This document shows positions 27,901 to 40,500 of a stretch of 64,000 nt of DNA, piece by piece. The position numbers and the translations under genes were made by a program. The stretch is from Tubiluchus corallicola. Its lineage: Eukaryota; Animalia; Priapulida. Positions within the stretch are counted from its first letter, which is position 1. Each line of letters starts with the position of its first letter. The stretch covers positions 105,670 through 169,669 of the forward strand of contig JAQGDQ010000483.1 in NCBI GenBank assembly GCA_030141605.1, given 5' to 3'. Under the pieces are notes generated by a model. That model saw only the letters and a list, made by a program, of their open reading frames with translations. It did no database searches and was not told the origin of the DNA.

Positions 27901-30900
27901 CTACTTTCTGTAAACTGTGCCTCTTGTTAAACGAGCATGTAAATAATAGATCTATATGTGACTAAAAAACATGCCTGCTGGTTCAGCTTCTTATCTTAGC
28001 AGATTATTTTTGATACTGAACTAGATACCAGTGTCACCACGTCAGAATATTAAGCAAAAGTCCAGCATAGTATATCAAACTGTGAAAATGTAACACGTCA
28101 TTATTTTATGAACCATGCTTCTCAAGAGATCAAATTAATGTCTATACCACTTTGGAAAATGATGTATCAGCGAGGCTTTACAAATACAACACAAAATTGA
28201 TTTATTACATGCGTTGAAAATAATGTCTGCTTCCCCTTGCAGTGAATCTTATTTCCCTTTTTCTAACAACTGTTCTTTTTTAGAAACTGACGATCACATA
28301 ATATAAGTCTTTGCTTTTTGTTTCAGATTTGGCAGTAAGGAAGAGTTCATGAAATTTATGAACGAATTTGTCGAAAGGGAATGGACTAGCATGAAGACAT
28401 TTCTCAGACAAATCTCGGTGAGTATTTGTCTTTATCAAGTCAAATTACATCAATTTATTTCGTGGAATGTCCATGTAGTCTAAAGTAATTATTGTGACTA
28501 ATCATTTCCAGTGTTACAGAATTTTCTCGTTGTTATTTATGGCTTCATTGGTTTTTATTAGTTGAGCAATATTATTATTTTTATTAGATATTTATTGAAA
28601 ACTCACGGAAATTCTTCTTATGGTTTATTGAACATTATTTTTAAACTTTACACTAGGAACTGAAAACAACAGATTTTTGAACGAATGTCACTATCATTGT
28701 TTTCTGAAGCATTTTATTGCATTATAATAGCACACCTTTACCTGTTTCACGCATGGCTTCATTATACATTATTTTCCATATTCATCAAAAATTCCGTAGA
28801 GTAATGCCCTATAACTTTACTGTACCCCGTCATCTTCATAGTTATTAATCTCTGTTTCGTCTTTTCATCGCATTTACCGGTTACAAGTGGTGAGTTGCAG
28901 GTTTTACTAATAACTGGCTTTTTTCAGAGTGCGCCAGATGATAACCAGGTACAAGAATACGACGGTTACATAGACTTAGGCAAGGAACTTAGCATATTGC
29001 ACACGGTGCTCACGGAGAGCCTCCAGAAGGTCAAGGTACTGAAAGCTATTTAGAGAAGAATAACGTGCTCTGTTTGTTCCTTTATTTTTGTTTGTTTGTT
29101 TTGACTGTTGCATTGATCCAGAATTCTGACACCTTTTTAGCGTCATTTGTTTGATGAAACTGTTCATGCTTAGTAAGTCAAGATTTGTGTTGCAACTTCA
29201 AAACAGAATGAAAAACAGCTCTACTGTTCTTGTAACTATGTTTTATCTCAATCTGCTCTCAAGCAAAAAATCGAGTTGTAAGAAAAAAAGTGGGCTCCTT
29301 CAGTACATGTCCAGGTGCTGACTTCACTTGAAACATTGTTTAACATGAAAAACATTGTTTGACAGAAAAAAACAGGTTTTGAAATGTTTCTTCTCTTATG
29401 TTCATTGTAGTATATATCATACTGTCATTGTATCTTACAGTGCTTTATCTACTTTTCGAATTATTGATTATTAAGTAGAATTTGTTTGCTTTCAGTAGTG
29501 TCTTAATTTAGAAACTTAATTACACATTAATGTTTATTTTAGGGAAATGTGCCGAGCAATTTAGCAAAGCTGCAAGAGATCTTGCAAAACATCACCGAGG
29601 AAAAGGCGCACCCTCGAGGCGGGTCTCAGCGTGCGCCCGCCGTCCATCACACTAAAGCCTACACCGATGCAAGCCTTTCCAGTACGAGTGATTTGACAAT
29701 GGTCTCTGCACCGTGCAAAACGTCCACTCTCCGCCGAGCTGGATTGGTCAGCGTGCTGGACAAACCATCGATAGATTTGAACTCTAGTGGTGACGAATAT
29801 GGCACCTTGGAGAGCAATCGGTCGACTCGGTCAAGTAAGTCGGACAGAACCGAAGAACTGAGAAAACGGTTGTTAAATGGTGTAGGAAACGGTGATTATA
29901 TGGATATTATATCCATAATGGATGAAATGCGTGCTGACGAGCATGGTATATCTGTAGATAATCTTGATACAAACATTCAGGGCAGTCAGATAAGTATTAG
30001 TCAGTTATCAAATGTGGCTTCATCCGGGTACCAATCGTTTGCTTACAGTCAATCAAGTTCGCCGGTGGAATCAGCAGTCCACCGGGAGACGTTGGACTCC
30101 ATCGCCAGTTCACCACCCGTCGTCAAGGCTCAACGACGGCCGCAGCCGTTGTCATTTGCCAATCCGCTATATCACTGTCCGCTGAGTCCGGTGAAGCGGA
30201 CTAATTCCGGGGTGTCGGAGAGCTCGCCTCGGTCTCGGTCGTCAAGCTGCAGCTCGGTCAGTGCGAACGTCAGTGATCGTGACCACGACAATGACGACGA
30301 CGAAACAGTGTTGCGGAGGAATCCTGCTGCTCATCCGCTGCAGGATTTATCCCAGTTATCCTGCTCTTCAGAAGATGAAGAAAATGCAGACAGCCATATA
30401 CCAACACTGCATTATTCTAAGACACTATCAGATGAAGTTTTCGCATCAGAAGACTTTAAAATGCTGAACGTGTCAAACATATCAAATAGTGAAGAAAACG
30501 AACCAAGATGCCGTGCACCATTGAAAGCCTACAGACGTAACGGCTCCGATTCAGTTCTAGTAGAAAATAGAGCCTATATGACGTTGGACTCCATCTACCG
30601 GCCTCAGCCAAAACCACGACAGAGTCTGGGTTCTCAGGGTGACAATGTTGTGTATAGCACAATGGATAAAGAGGTCAGGAAATAAGTATTTTTTCAGTAC
30701 ATAATACTTAACTGAAACAGAAAGCTAGCCACTTAACTTAGACATAAGCAGACAGTTCAGTCACACCTAATGTATGTGTTCTGTCCATATTTAAAACTTT
30801 AGTGGCTTTTAAATTAATCTAATGCGTAGCAGAGGCACAGTGGCTATTCAAGGCGCATTTACATGTCACGGTCATAAGGTTTTTAATGAATATCACGTCT

Positions 30901-33174
30901 GTGTAATAAAGTGGCTGTGGTCCATTGATTTTCTCATCATTTGCATGTTGTTGAAAACAGTGATGGCACAGATTTTCAACATCAAGGTTTGTTCACACTG
31001 TTTATAGAAGTGGTGACTAGCTGAGCCACAAAAGTCTGTGTTTAGCAGTTGAAGTTAAGCAACACTGGGCTTGTTTGAAAATGGATCTTAGCATGATATT
31101 GTTTAAGTAAGGGATAAATAGCTGAGTCAAGAATTTGTGCTTAGTCATTAAATTTACGCATCACTCCACTTGATTGAAAATGGATCTGTGAGTTAAAAAG
31201 TAGCTTCTGGATGGTTTTGTCTATAGTACTGTTTCTGACTATGAGAAATAGAAAAATACTAAGTTCTGCAGATAACCCACAGTTGCAGCATTTTAGAAGT
31301 CATTTACCTTGCATTCCAGCATCTTGTCGAGCAGGTAACAGCACTGCAAAGTCAATTGAAACAACTAGAAGTGCAACTGCAAGAGGCAGAGGCTCGCATG
31401 CACATTCAGGAGCAAAGAAAAGATGAAGACACCGCCGAATGGAAGGCCAGATTAGCAGAGAGTGAAGAGAAGCTGAAGAGGCAGCAAGAGGAAAAAGATC
31501 TGCAGATGAAGAACATCATAACTAGGTAGGTGGTAAAGATTTCCCTCATTGCATGCTTACCTAACACTTGTTCTACTAGCACGTTTTAGCACAGTTCTTT
31601 CTATAGTTTCAGACTAACTTGAAGATTTGTGGTGGAGTGTCTCTTACTGCTTTTCTGTTTCTTGGTGCAACTATGGTGCTGACATAAAAGTGATGCCTTT
31701 TTTGCAATCTGCAATAGCATCGGTACTGTACTTACGTGTGCTTAAACTGAAACGTTGTGTACATACACAGTCGAGTATCAGACAAAGATGTACAATATGG
31801 TACAACCCACTTGTACAGTATTTTTTGTATTAAGTGTGTTTTGCAACATTAGGTGTCATGTTTGCCATGTTGCCATGGCTACCCTTAATAATCAACTGTT
31901 TAGCTTAGTGGAGATAACTATTAATGTCACTCTTATTTTGAGACGATGGAGAACTAGACGAATAAACAAAAATTAGCATCCAACTTATCCAGTACGTCTG
32001 GAAGCGATTGGGAACATGGAATGGCTGGTTGTAATTGGCCATGAGGCCAAAAATTTGATATCATTTTATGCGGATGGCCCCTTAAAGCATAATTGAATAG
32101 AAAAACTAAATTACTGAATTGCCCCATAAACTGTTTTGAAGAAAACACATGAATTTATCAAAACGCTGCAGCTTTATTGAAATTCGACTGTGTAGTAATG
32201 TTGCTCAACTTGATCATAACTCCGTGCTTTAGATACAGCTTGATAAACGTGCGCAAAAAACCAAACAATGTAACTTATTAGTAATCCCTTTGTATTTGTA
32301 AATTTTTATCATTTTTTCATTATGCATTCGCAGTCTGAGCCAAGTGCAAGGTAACTAATTAAAACGTTCCCGGCTATAACCATTGTATTTTCATTTTGTT
32401 TTAATATGCATGTATATATGTAATTGTGTATTTGTGCTTGCATGATAGAACTTGTTTGTAGATGGTCACGTATATGGAAACAGTTTCTGTGGGTTAAAAC
32501 AAAAGTATTCAGAAAGCAGTTTGTTATTGTTTGGGCAGTAAAGAAAATGGTGGCTGGGAGATTAAAACCTTTATGTACATTTTGATATGCAATGATTTAT
32601 GAGTTTCGACGTGCTGAAATTGCACGAATTTTAATACCGTAATCCTTGCATTTATTTTCTTTATTACTTAATTTTGCCATGCATGGTAGCTTGTAAGTAA
32701 AATAAGTAAGCAATTTACGTGCTATGTCAATTAAATTGTCCATAACTTAGTTTCATTAACATACGATTGCTTCAACATTTCATGCGAAAAGTTAAGACTG
32801 CAATGTTCTTTTGCGTAGATTAATGTATTTTTGACTGTTTATAATAGCAAAGCACATTTTTACAATCAGATTGCATTATCATATATCAGTTAACTCCTTC
32901 GGCAAAGCAATCAGTAATTTTTTTCTTCTGAAACAGGTTGATTGGCGTAGAAGAGGAACTGAGAAAAGAGCAGCGCGAGATGCAAAATGTCGTCATGGCA
33001 AAGCAGAAAATCATCGATGCTCAAGAACGCCGAATTCAGTCACTAGATGGAGCCAACACGCGACTGCTGGCCGCTCTCGCTCAACTGAAGGAGAGATACC
33101 ATCTCCAAGTGCAGCAAAATGGCAGTGCTAAGGTCCGAATGGACAGTGCAGAATTCCGCAGCAGTGCGTGCTGA
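15948..33174 (+). CDS. Ras GTPase-activating protein, SynGAP/DAB2IP/RASAL2 (nGAP) family: PH-C2-RasGAP, Ser-rich region, C-terminal coiled coil; 5' end incomplete or alternative
   Basis: GT-AG exons, all phase-consistent: 15948-16048, 21853-21962, 22436-22651, 23182-23283, 23497-23595, 24073-24213, 24553-24679, 25168-25330, 25713-25855, 26508-26623, 27002-27100, 27428-27553, 28327-28417, 28928-29035, 29543-30673, 31320-31525, 32937-33174 (~1105 aa). Family motifs: [40 protein letters not shown] (PH), [22 protein letters not shown] (C2), [12 protein letters not shown] (Arg finger), [31 protein letters not shown]-terminal EFRSSAC. Confidence 0.96.
17436..17880 (-). mobile_element. CR1/L2-type LINE 3' remnant (ORF2 C-terminus, 3'UTR and (AAT)n tail)
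   Basis: The - strand reads [29 protein letters not shown], typical of a CR1/L2 ORF2 end. (TTA)n at 17436-17460. The 3'UTR part is an inverted copy of 44066-44370. Confidence 0.7.
17881..18358. mobile_element. Probable decayed MITE containing a ~125-bp internal tandem duplication (17903-18147)
   Basis: Two near-identical copies of TAGG(T/C)TGCAGCCTAGGG...TAGTAAAATACTGGCA. The ends CGGATTAT.../...ATAATTTGGTCCT resemble degenerate TIRs. Confidence 0.45.
20772..20930 (+). CDS. Candidate alternative first coding exon for a short RasGAP isoform
   Basis: Open frame from ATG 20772 (or 20841, MVFYNHG...SFETQ) ending CAG|GTTAGT in phase 0, matching the phase-0 acceptor of exon 21853. Confidence 0.4.
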
Positions 33175-33969
33175 AATCTTGTGAAATCGCTGACCTAAAG
33201 ACAGCTTTAATTTTTCTCAGTAGATGGAGCCAGTTATAGTTAGAAAGGCTGCTGCTCTTTTCACCAGTGAGGAAATTTGCATAGAAACATGCCTGCTTCA
33301 CAGTAATGACTGCTGATCAGAACTTTTACGCCAATCGTAAAACCGATGTTTCCGTTATCGTTGTTTCGCTTAAATTATCCTTGACAAATAATTGCTTTTT
33401 TTATATTGTTTATTGTTTGCTTTAAAAGCGGCAGCTATCCTCAGTTTTTAGTAGCTTTTAGTGATAATTTATTACTGTTTATAAAATGACTGTGCTTATG
33501 AATCAATAAGAGTGTTGCAGAGTTACTGCAGCATTATTCGCAGAAACCAATTTTGTATGTCCTACAAAGTTTTTACATAACAGTGAGGTGCTAGAAGGGA
33601 CACCAGTGCCTTACGCACATTTCAGCATATCAAAATCACAATCAGAGTCCCCTCTGTGGTTATAAACCACTGACAAACTCTGACCCGAATAAGATTTTAT
33701 ACAGAAATATTAGTGATTGTATTGTCTGTACTAATATTGACTGTGAAATATGTCCATCTTTCGTTGTCGTGTCTGTAGTACAACTACTAGATGTAAAGTC
33801 GTATCAGTATAATCACATCTGCATAATTGTTGATGGTAATGATCCATTTACAAACATTAATAAGCCTTTCACAGTTCCAGCGAATGATGATGATGAGAAG
33901 GTCAAAAGCTAAGTTAACCAGACAACACATTTGTGGACACTTGACAATGCCTTGCAACCCGTCCTGTTG

Positions 33970-34263
33970 TAATAGTAACAATTTTAACACCTAGCTAGAA
34001 CCTTACCTAGTTCATTTTTTCTTGTTCCCGTGCAAGATGCTGCTAGTAAATCACTCTATGGACAGACTAATGCATAATTAAGTCCACGCAAAGAAACAAC
34101 AAGGAAATGGCTTCTCAACCAAAGTTACTGAACCGATGCGGCAGACGGCTTTGCTTTACCCACATCACATAACAGTCGTAGTTAAGATGTGTAGCTTGAG
34201 TTCAATCAACCTTTGACCTAGAGCATGTGTGTGCGCATATCAAAACTGTGAAAAGGCTAATTA
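33970..34263. repeat. Dispersed ~280-bp repeat (MITE-like), copy 1, in the presumed RasGAP 3'UTR
   Basis: Co-linear with 50651-50925 (CTAGCTAGA..TTTTTTCTTGTTCCC..AGTAAATCACTCTA..ACGGCTTTGCTTTACCCAC..AACCTTTGACCTA), with weak terminal inverted similarity. Confidence 0.8.
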
Positions 34264-36328
34264 TAATGTTACTAAGCCGCTGAAAGTAAAAACGCCATTG
34301 TGTCCAAACTTACAATGATGGATTCGAATATGTGTGTGTGGATCGTAAAGCACAACTGGAAGATCGATTCATAAAGGACAGATATTTTGCATAATGAATA
34401 TTTTTGTTGTGGGACCTTTATTATGTCCATTCTATAGCCTGTACAATGAATTACTGTAAGATTACTATACCAGTGTTGCTAACAACAGTTTAAATATTCT
34501 CCAATTTAGCAATGTGGACCATAGTTTGAACACACTGTATATACAATCTAAAGCTCAATACTTTGTCGTGTACATAGTGTAGTGTGTTAATTCTTTTCTT
34601 TTATTTACAAGCTCCTATATTATTACGTATTGTACATAAGTGTGAATGTAACAGACATTTGTAAATGTATTTTTATTTAAGCTATTTTAATGTAATTACA
34701 CAATGCTTGACCCATCGTTTATTTATAAAATCAGTGCTGCATTAGTATTGACTTGTTTTTAGCTAAAAATAATTACGAGTATAAAACATTAAGTGATAGC
34801 TGTAGGTAAAATAAAATGTTGTAAAATATTTAGCTAGTTTTACTCAAGAATACAACACAAGTGGCAAATGATGAAACTTGAATTTTTTTGTAAAATTTGG
34901 ACATCATATTACCAAACATTGTAAAGATAAGTAAGAAATACTGACATATGATTATTAATACTGAACAACTGTTTTTGTTTCTATTTTCCGGATATCTCAT
35001 TCTTGATTCGGTTTTTTCTGAAGAATGATTAGCTGTCTTTATAAATCGCTCTTATCAGCTTAAACTTTAACGTTTAATATACACTAGTGATTTTGTATCA
35101 TACAGTAATGAATAATTTGATACTTTCTTCAGTTTGCATTTTGTACAGTTTGTTACAAAGTAAACGTCAAGATGGCAGTAGAAAATCAGATGTGTAAATG
35201 TGATGAGAGCTAATAATTATTACTAATCAATAAATGCAAAAATTACATTAAATGTTTTAGCTTTGACTTTTAAATTTTGCTCGATAATGGTTACTGATGA
35301 TATCGTACCGTGACATTACAGATCATGTGCATGATAAAGAATAAAAACAGAATGATAATATTAAGTACCAAAGTTGTCATGGATATGCAAAAAAAAATTC
35401 ACATTGCAAACATAATCTTGGGGAAAACCGAACTACCAATGATGGGGCCTATTTAAAGGAAAAGTCAAGCCTTAAATAACATTCATTACATTTTAGTATA
35501 CACTTAAAATATTAAAATTACTTATATTACACAATATATACACACAAAATACCTTGCTTAAAAATGCAGAAGAAATTGAAATCATTCGCATCTCCTGCTA
35601 AATGAAGCTCTCTGCAGACATACTTGAAAAAAATTATGTAAACGGGTACACAACACGAAGACATGCATAACAAAGCTTCTCAAGTTCACTAACTGACTAA
35701 ATCTTTGCATTTAACTGTGGTCATTAAAAATTAGCCATTGGATAAAGCTGCAATAACCATAAATATACTGACACAGGATTATACCTCATAATGCATAATA
35801 ACGTAATACATAAGTACTATACAATACAGTTGCAGATAAGCATGAAATTCTACAAGTACACACAAGATGCTGGACGGTTTACTTAGCTTATAGAATTCAG
35901 TTTTAGCTTGTTAAAATAATTATTCTGCTACTTTGTCTCATTAACTGGCCGAATTGCTATTCATTACACATTTGGGCAACAGAATGAATTAAAAAGCAAA
36001 AAATAGTATTAATAATTCTCATTTAACGTTTTAGTAGTTCACTCATGCACCTGGTGGGATAAGTGTTTATACTACACAGTAACCGGATGACGCCATTTTT
36101 CGTAGAAACTGAGCGAGCCCAAACTTGAAGTGATCGCAAATTTAAATTGACTTTACTAATTGCACGAGGCGCTCATCACAATTTTATTGTTGAACCTTTC
36201 TAACGTTTTTCTCAAATATTAAAATAACTTCCCGAAAGACTTGTCTTTTCTAAAGAAATAAAATTTGACACCAACATCAATATCAGGAGTGGTACAATTA
36301 TCAAAATGAGCTTAACTATGAAAAGAAC

Positions 36329-36448
36329 AGCTACGGCCAAACCACGTTGAAAACACTGATTCTCGTCTGATCACGGAAGTTAAGCAACGTAGAGCCTGGT
36401 TAGTACTTGGATGGGTGACCGACTAGGAATACCAGGTGCTGTAGGCTT
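36329..36448 (+). rRNA. Full-length 5S rRNA-like sequence (SINE head or pseudogene rather than a functional 5S gene)
   Basis: CTACGGCC..ACCACGTTGAAAACAC..TCTCGTC.GATC..GAAGTTAAGCAACGT.GAGCCTGGTTAGTACTTGGATGGGTGACCG..GGAATACCAGGTGCTGTAGGCTT; box A and box C intact; several substitutions; no oligo-T terminator. Confidence 0.85.
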
Positions 36449-36874
36449 GCAGGATGCCCACACTGTATCTTGACACTAGGTGGAGGAGCTGCACAAGCAG
36501 CCAACGGCTAGAGGGCGGAGGAGGTCAAGTGACGCAACGGCTATGTGTAGAGAAGTAAACCTTCCAAATCAGGAGTGGAGCCCCGAAGGTGGACCAGTGC
36601 AGCATGCTCACTGACTCCCCATCAGTTCCTGCAGCCAACCGGGTGCCAAACATATTGCTCCACTTTCCTTTGGACTACACCAGAGAGGACGAGAGGGGGT
36701 TCCTGTTGTCTGTGCAACTCAGGATTTCCATACACCTTGCCCAGGCGTGCGCCCTGGAGACGTTCAAGGATTGCACTGCTCAGCCACAGTCGACGCTGCA
36801 GCTCCATCAATGTAATCAATAACTGACTCTCTTGGGGCACACTCCATTGTCTTCCGAGACAGAAGGATGCCAAC
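36330..36874 (+). mobile_element. 5S rRNA-derived SINE (SINE3-type), 545 bp
   Basis: 5S-like head, then a GC-rich ~425-bp body with no T4 terminator, ending GGATGCCAAC. Flanked by a 12-bp direct repeat with 1 mismatch: ATGAAAAGAACA (36318-36329) and ATGGAAAGAACA (36875-36886). Confidence 0.8.
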
Positions 36875-37544
36875 ATGGAAAGAACATTTGACAATGCAAC
36901 TAGTTGAAATGATTGTTAGCTGAGAAAGAGATTGAAAGTCATTGCTTTATTCGACATCATAAAGCAAAACATCTTGCATATGATGTACCCAGTACAACTA
37001 CTCTAGCCAACAAACATTCCCGTTAAATGTCCAATGCCGTGTGTTGCTTTCCCAGATTTGTATAAATGAAGAAATGAAGCTTGAAAGGAAGTCAAGAGAC
37101 ACCAGCTTACAATTGCTTCCTCTTTCGTACTGACAAGGGGCACCACATTATGCGTAATAATACTGTAACATAACCGAGTGATGTTAATGCTCAGTGAAAT
37201 TAAGATGAATTTGGAAGAAGACTTGCCAGACCTATCCGCCGACCCGACGAGACAATTTCATATCAGCAGTTTTATACCTGGCATGCAATGCTGATTCGCA
37301 AAGGCTTCGTAAACGATCGAACCACCACATTATGGGGGTGGAGGTGAAAATAGAAGGCACTTTGCCATTGTAAAAACACTATTACAAACACGGTTCGCAG
37401 CGCTTGTTCTGCCATCTGTTAAAAAATTGTTATTGAACTAACAGAAGCTAGTGGACATTTAACATGATACAAAATGGTTAAAGTATTTACAACTGCACAT
37501 TTAAATCCCTGAAATCTTGGCAGACATGGCTCATATAATAACTG

Positions 37545-40500
37545 TCACCTACGCATGCCTGATTGTAACCCGGGCCTCTGGTAGGGTACAGAGCTGTGCT
37601 GACGCTTACTAGAAGCACACTCATTCTGACCTTGAATGGGGGTCACGTCGACGCTCTCTTGCATGGACTTCAACTTGGCTTCAATTGCCCTGATCTTTGC
37701 TTCAGCACTAAAAGAAAAAATAATGTGTTTAATGCCGACTTACCAAGGTTTCCTGTACTAGCTTCGCAATCACAATTCCAGACTCTTTTAGCTCAGAAGT
37801 GGTGCTGACAAGCCACTGGCATAGCAGTGTCTAGCTTTTTGCTGGATTACTGCTGTGCTTACCTGTCTTGAGGGCTGATTTCTTTTATTTTAGAATTCTG
37901 CTTACCCGATGTCTACAATAGACATAACAAGCTTATAGATGATAATGATGATGCTATTCTAACGATATCAGATGTACACTATCGTACAGTTTTTGCCACT
38001 GATAAAAAACTATTTTCCATTTCTGAATAAAAATACTTTTTTCAACAGGTAAAACGTATTTTCCATTTTTGAATAAGAATACTTTAAATCTCTTAAATGA
38101 CAAGTTATCATTACCGGGGAAATTTAACTTAGTTTAACTAGCAAGTCAGACCTAACCCAAACGAATTGCAACCAAAAATGTTTGCTTGCTGATCTGAATT
38201 TAGTATGAAAGACAAGTTGTTGCATTGTTAAAACTTTGTTCACATTACTGCATTTTTACTTGTCAAGTTCCTGTCAAATTCAACAATTGGAGATTATTAT
38301 ATTTCATTTACCTGACGTTTACTTTATGCTGGTCAGCAACAGCGCCTAATCCAGCACTCAAGCAAATTTTACTTTTGCTACCCTGCAAAAAAGATGACGA
38401 ATAAGAATTAGCTTACGAAATATTTGAACAATGGCTAGTGTTAGATAAGATGAGATGAGACGAGATGAGATAAGATAAGATATATTTATCTTCTGCAAGT
38501 TTGACAGTACACAGAAAAACATTCAGAAATTTTTAAAATCAGTACAATAAAAAATATTTTGCAGAAGGAAATACAAGTACAAAGCAGTGTGGAGAAAGGG
38601 TGGTAAACGACCATTCAGTCAACTAAGTCAGCCACCCTTATTTTAGAAATTCTGTAGTTTTCATACATGGCTGGATAAGCTAATGGTTGTGAAATTCATT
38701 TTTTAAAATTCGTAAAGATGCTGAACACTTGAACACGGTAAAATAACGAGTTTCACAACAGGAGAAGTGAATAGCAAAAGAAAAGTGCCATTAAAAATTA
38801 ACAAAATTAATCCAAAACCAGAAATCAATTGACATAATATAATTTATGACAAACGCTATTTTTTGCCGAATACCAAATAAGTGAGTTCTGAAATAGCCAA
38901 AAAAGTCGAAGCTAAACACATAATTTCTGCCCATAGTGTATAAAACATGATCAAACTAGCCGAGTAGAAACTAAATAACAAGATTACATGAAGCCAAAGA
39001 CTTTTACTTAACACAGGTACAAACAAAAACTGAAAAATATTATGATGCTAAATGAAGTCGAACAAGTCTTTCTATAATGACTGCCATTATCTAAAAATCT
39101 TTGGCTTCACAAAAAATTTCTGTTCACGTGTTTAACTGTCTGCAGTAACAGACATAATTGCTACACAAACCTTCACAGATTGTTCATAGGCCCAGTGGAC
39201 AATAAGTTTTCTACTCAAAGCAAATTTCCCGTTCAGCTCATTCACGGCTGTCTCAGCATGGCTTCTTTGCTCGAAGGTAGCAAAACAGTAGCCTCTTGAC
39301 TGTCCAGCATTCGGTCCGGCTTTATGGTAGAGAAAGTCCAGTTTCTTCAGCTTCCCGTACTTTTGTAGAATTTTTATCATCTGAAGCCTGAAGAAATTTA
39401 TCAGCAGATGAGCTTTAAAACTTTGATTTGAAAAATGAATTGGAATAAAAATGAAACAAATTCAGCTTAGCCACTTTGGAAATGCCGATGGCAGTGGTGA
39501 CAGTGATGTTTACATCTCAGGGGGCCATTTTTTAACATTTTTTCATACAGTTTGGTGCACTAAAAGCTAGAATCGAGCATTCAAAATGCGGTCTTAGCGG
39601 AATCTGACAAACTATAAAAACCTGGGTCGCATGCTGGGCAGTTACCCGGGGCCCCTAAGAGCATAGTGGCGCTAAGCTAATACATGGATGTCTGTTACTT
39701 ACTGTCAATAAATAAATACGAGCATCTCAAGTACTAGGCGTACATGGTTCTTAATATAAATTGTAAAAATGATGGTCATTTTGAAAATGGGAAAATGACA
39801 TCCTGAAGACCATTGGCTTCAAGCCATCGACTTCTGCAAAGAAACTTTACCCCAAATGGTTGTCGGTTGAACACTGGACTAATAATAAATAATTCATAGT
39901 AATTTCATACCGTGCAATCTCAGTCTGTATGCTTTACCAACTGTGTATGATTTTTTTTCTGCATTTGATTAACCTTTGCTGTATAGCATGTTTTTTAATG
40001 TTTAAACACTGATTTTGTTGGAAGTACCAATACATATATGGTTAATTTTGGCAACCATTTACATTTTCATTCCTGTGAATGGTAGTGAAGGTAGAAGCCA
40101 TAGTGCACTGCTTTGTCTGGCGGTTAGAATGCTGTTAACATGGCCCAGATCAAGCCTGTGCCTCTAATACTCTCACCTGCAGCTGTCACCCATCTTGAGA
40201 TGTGAATGTAAACACTCAAAATCAGTACTTTAGCAAAACGGACACCAAGAACAAACATCAAACCAGGTGAAAACCCATCCACTAACTGACCAGCATTAGT
40301 GTAACTACTAACTTAGGTAGTAAGCACATGCAGTGACCACTCGATTAAATCCTCAACTCAACACAAAAAATGGTGCAAAAAGTAGTGGTATAAGAGCCAC
40401 AGTTCACTATTAAAACAGCTCTCACAAGTAAATCAATGCATGCGGCATTACTAATAAGCCTGTAACAATACATCTAGCTCACAATAAGATACATATCATC

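Noticed and set aside
36329-36448. Functional 5S rRNA gene
   Set aside because: Single copy, no oligo-T terminator, several substitutions, and embedded in a longer TSD-flanked unit
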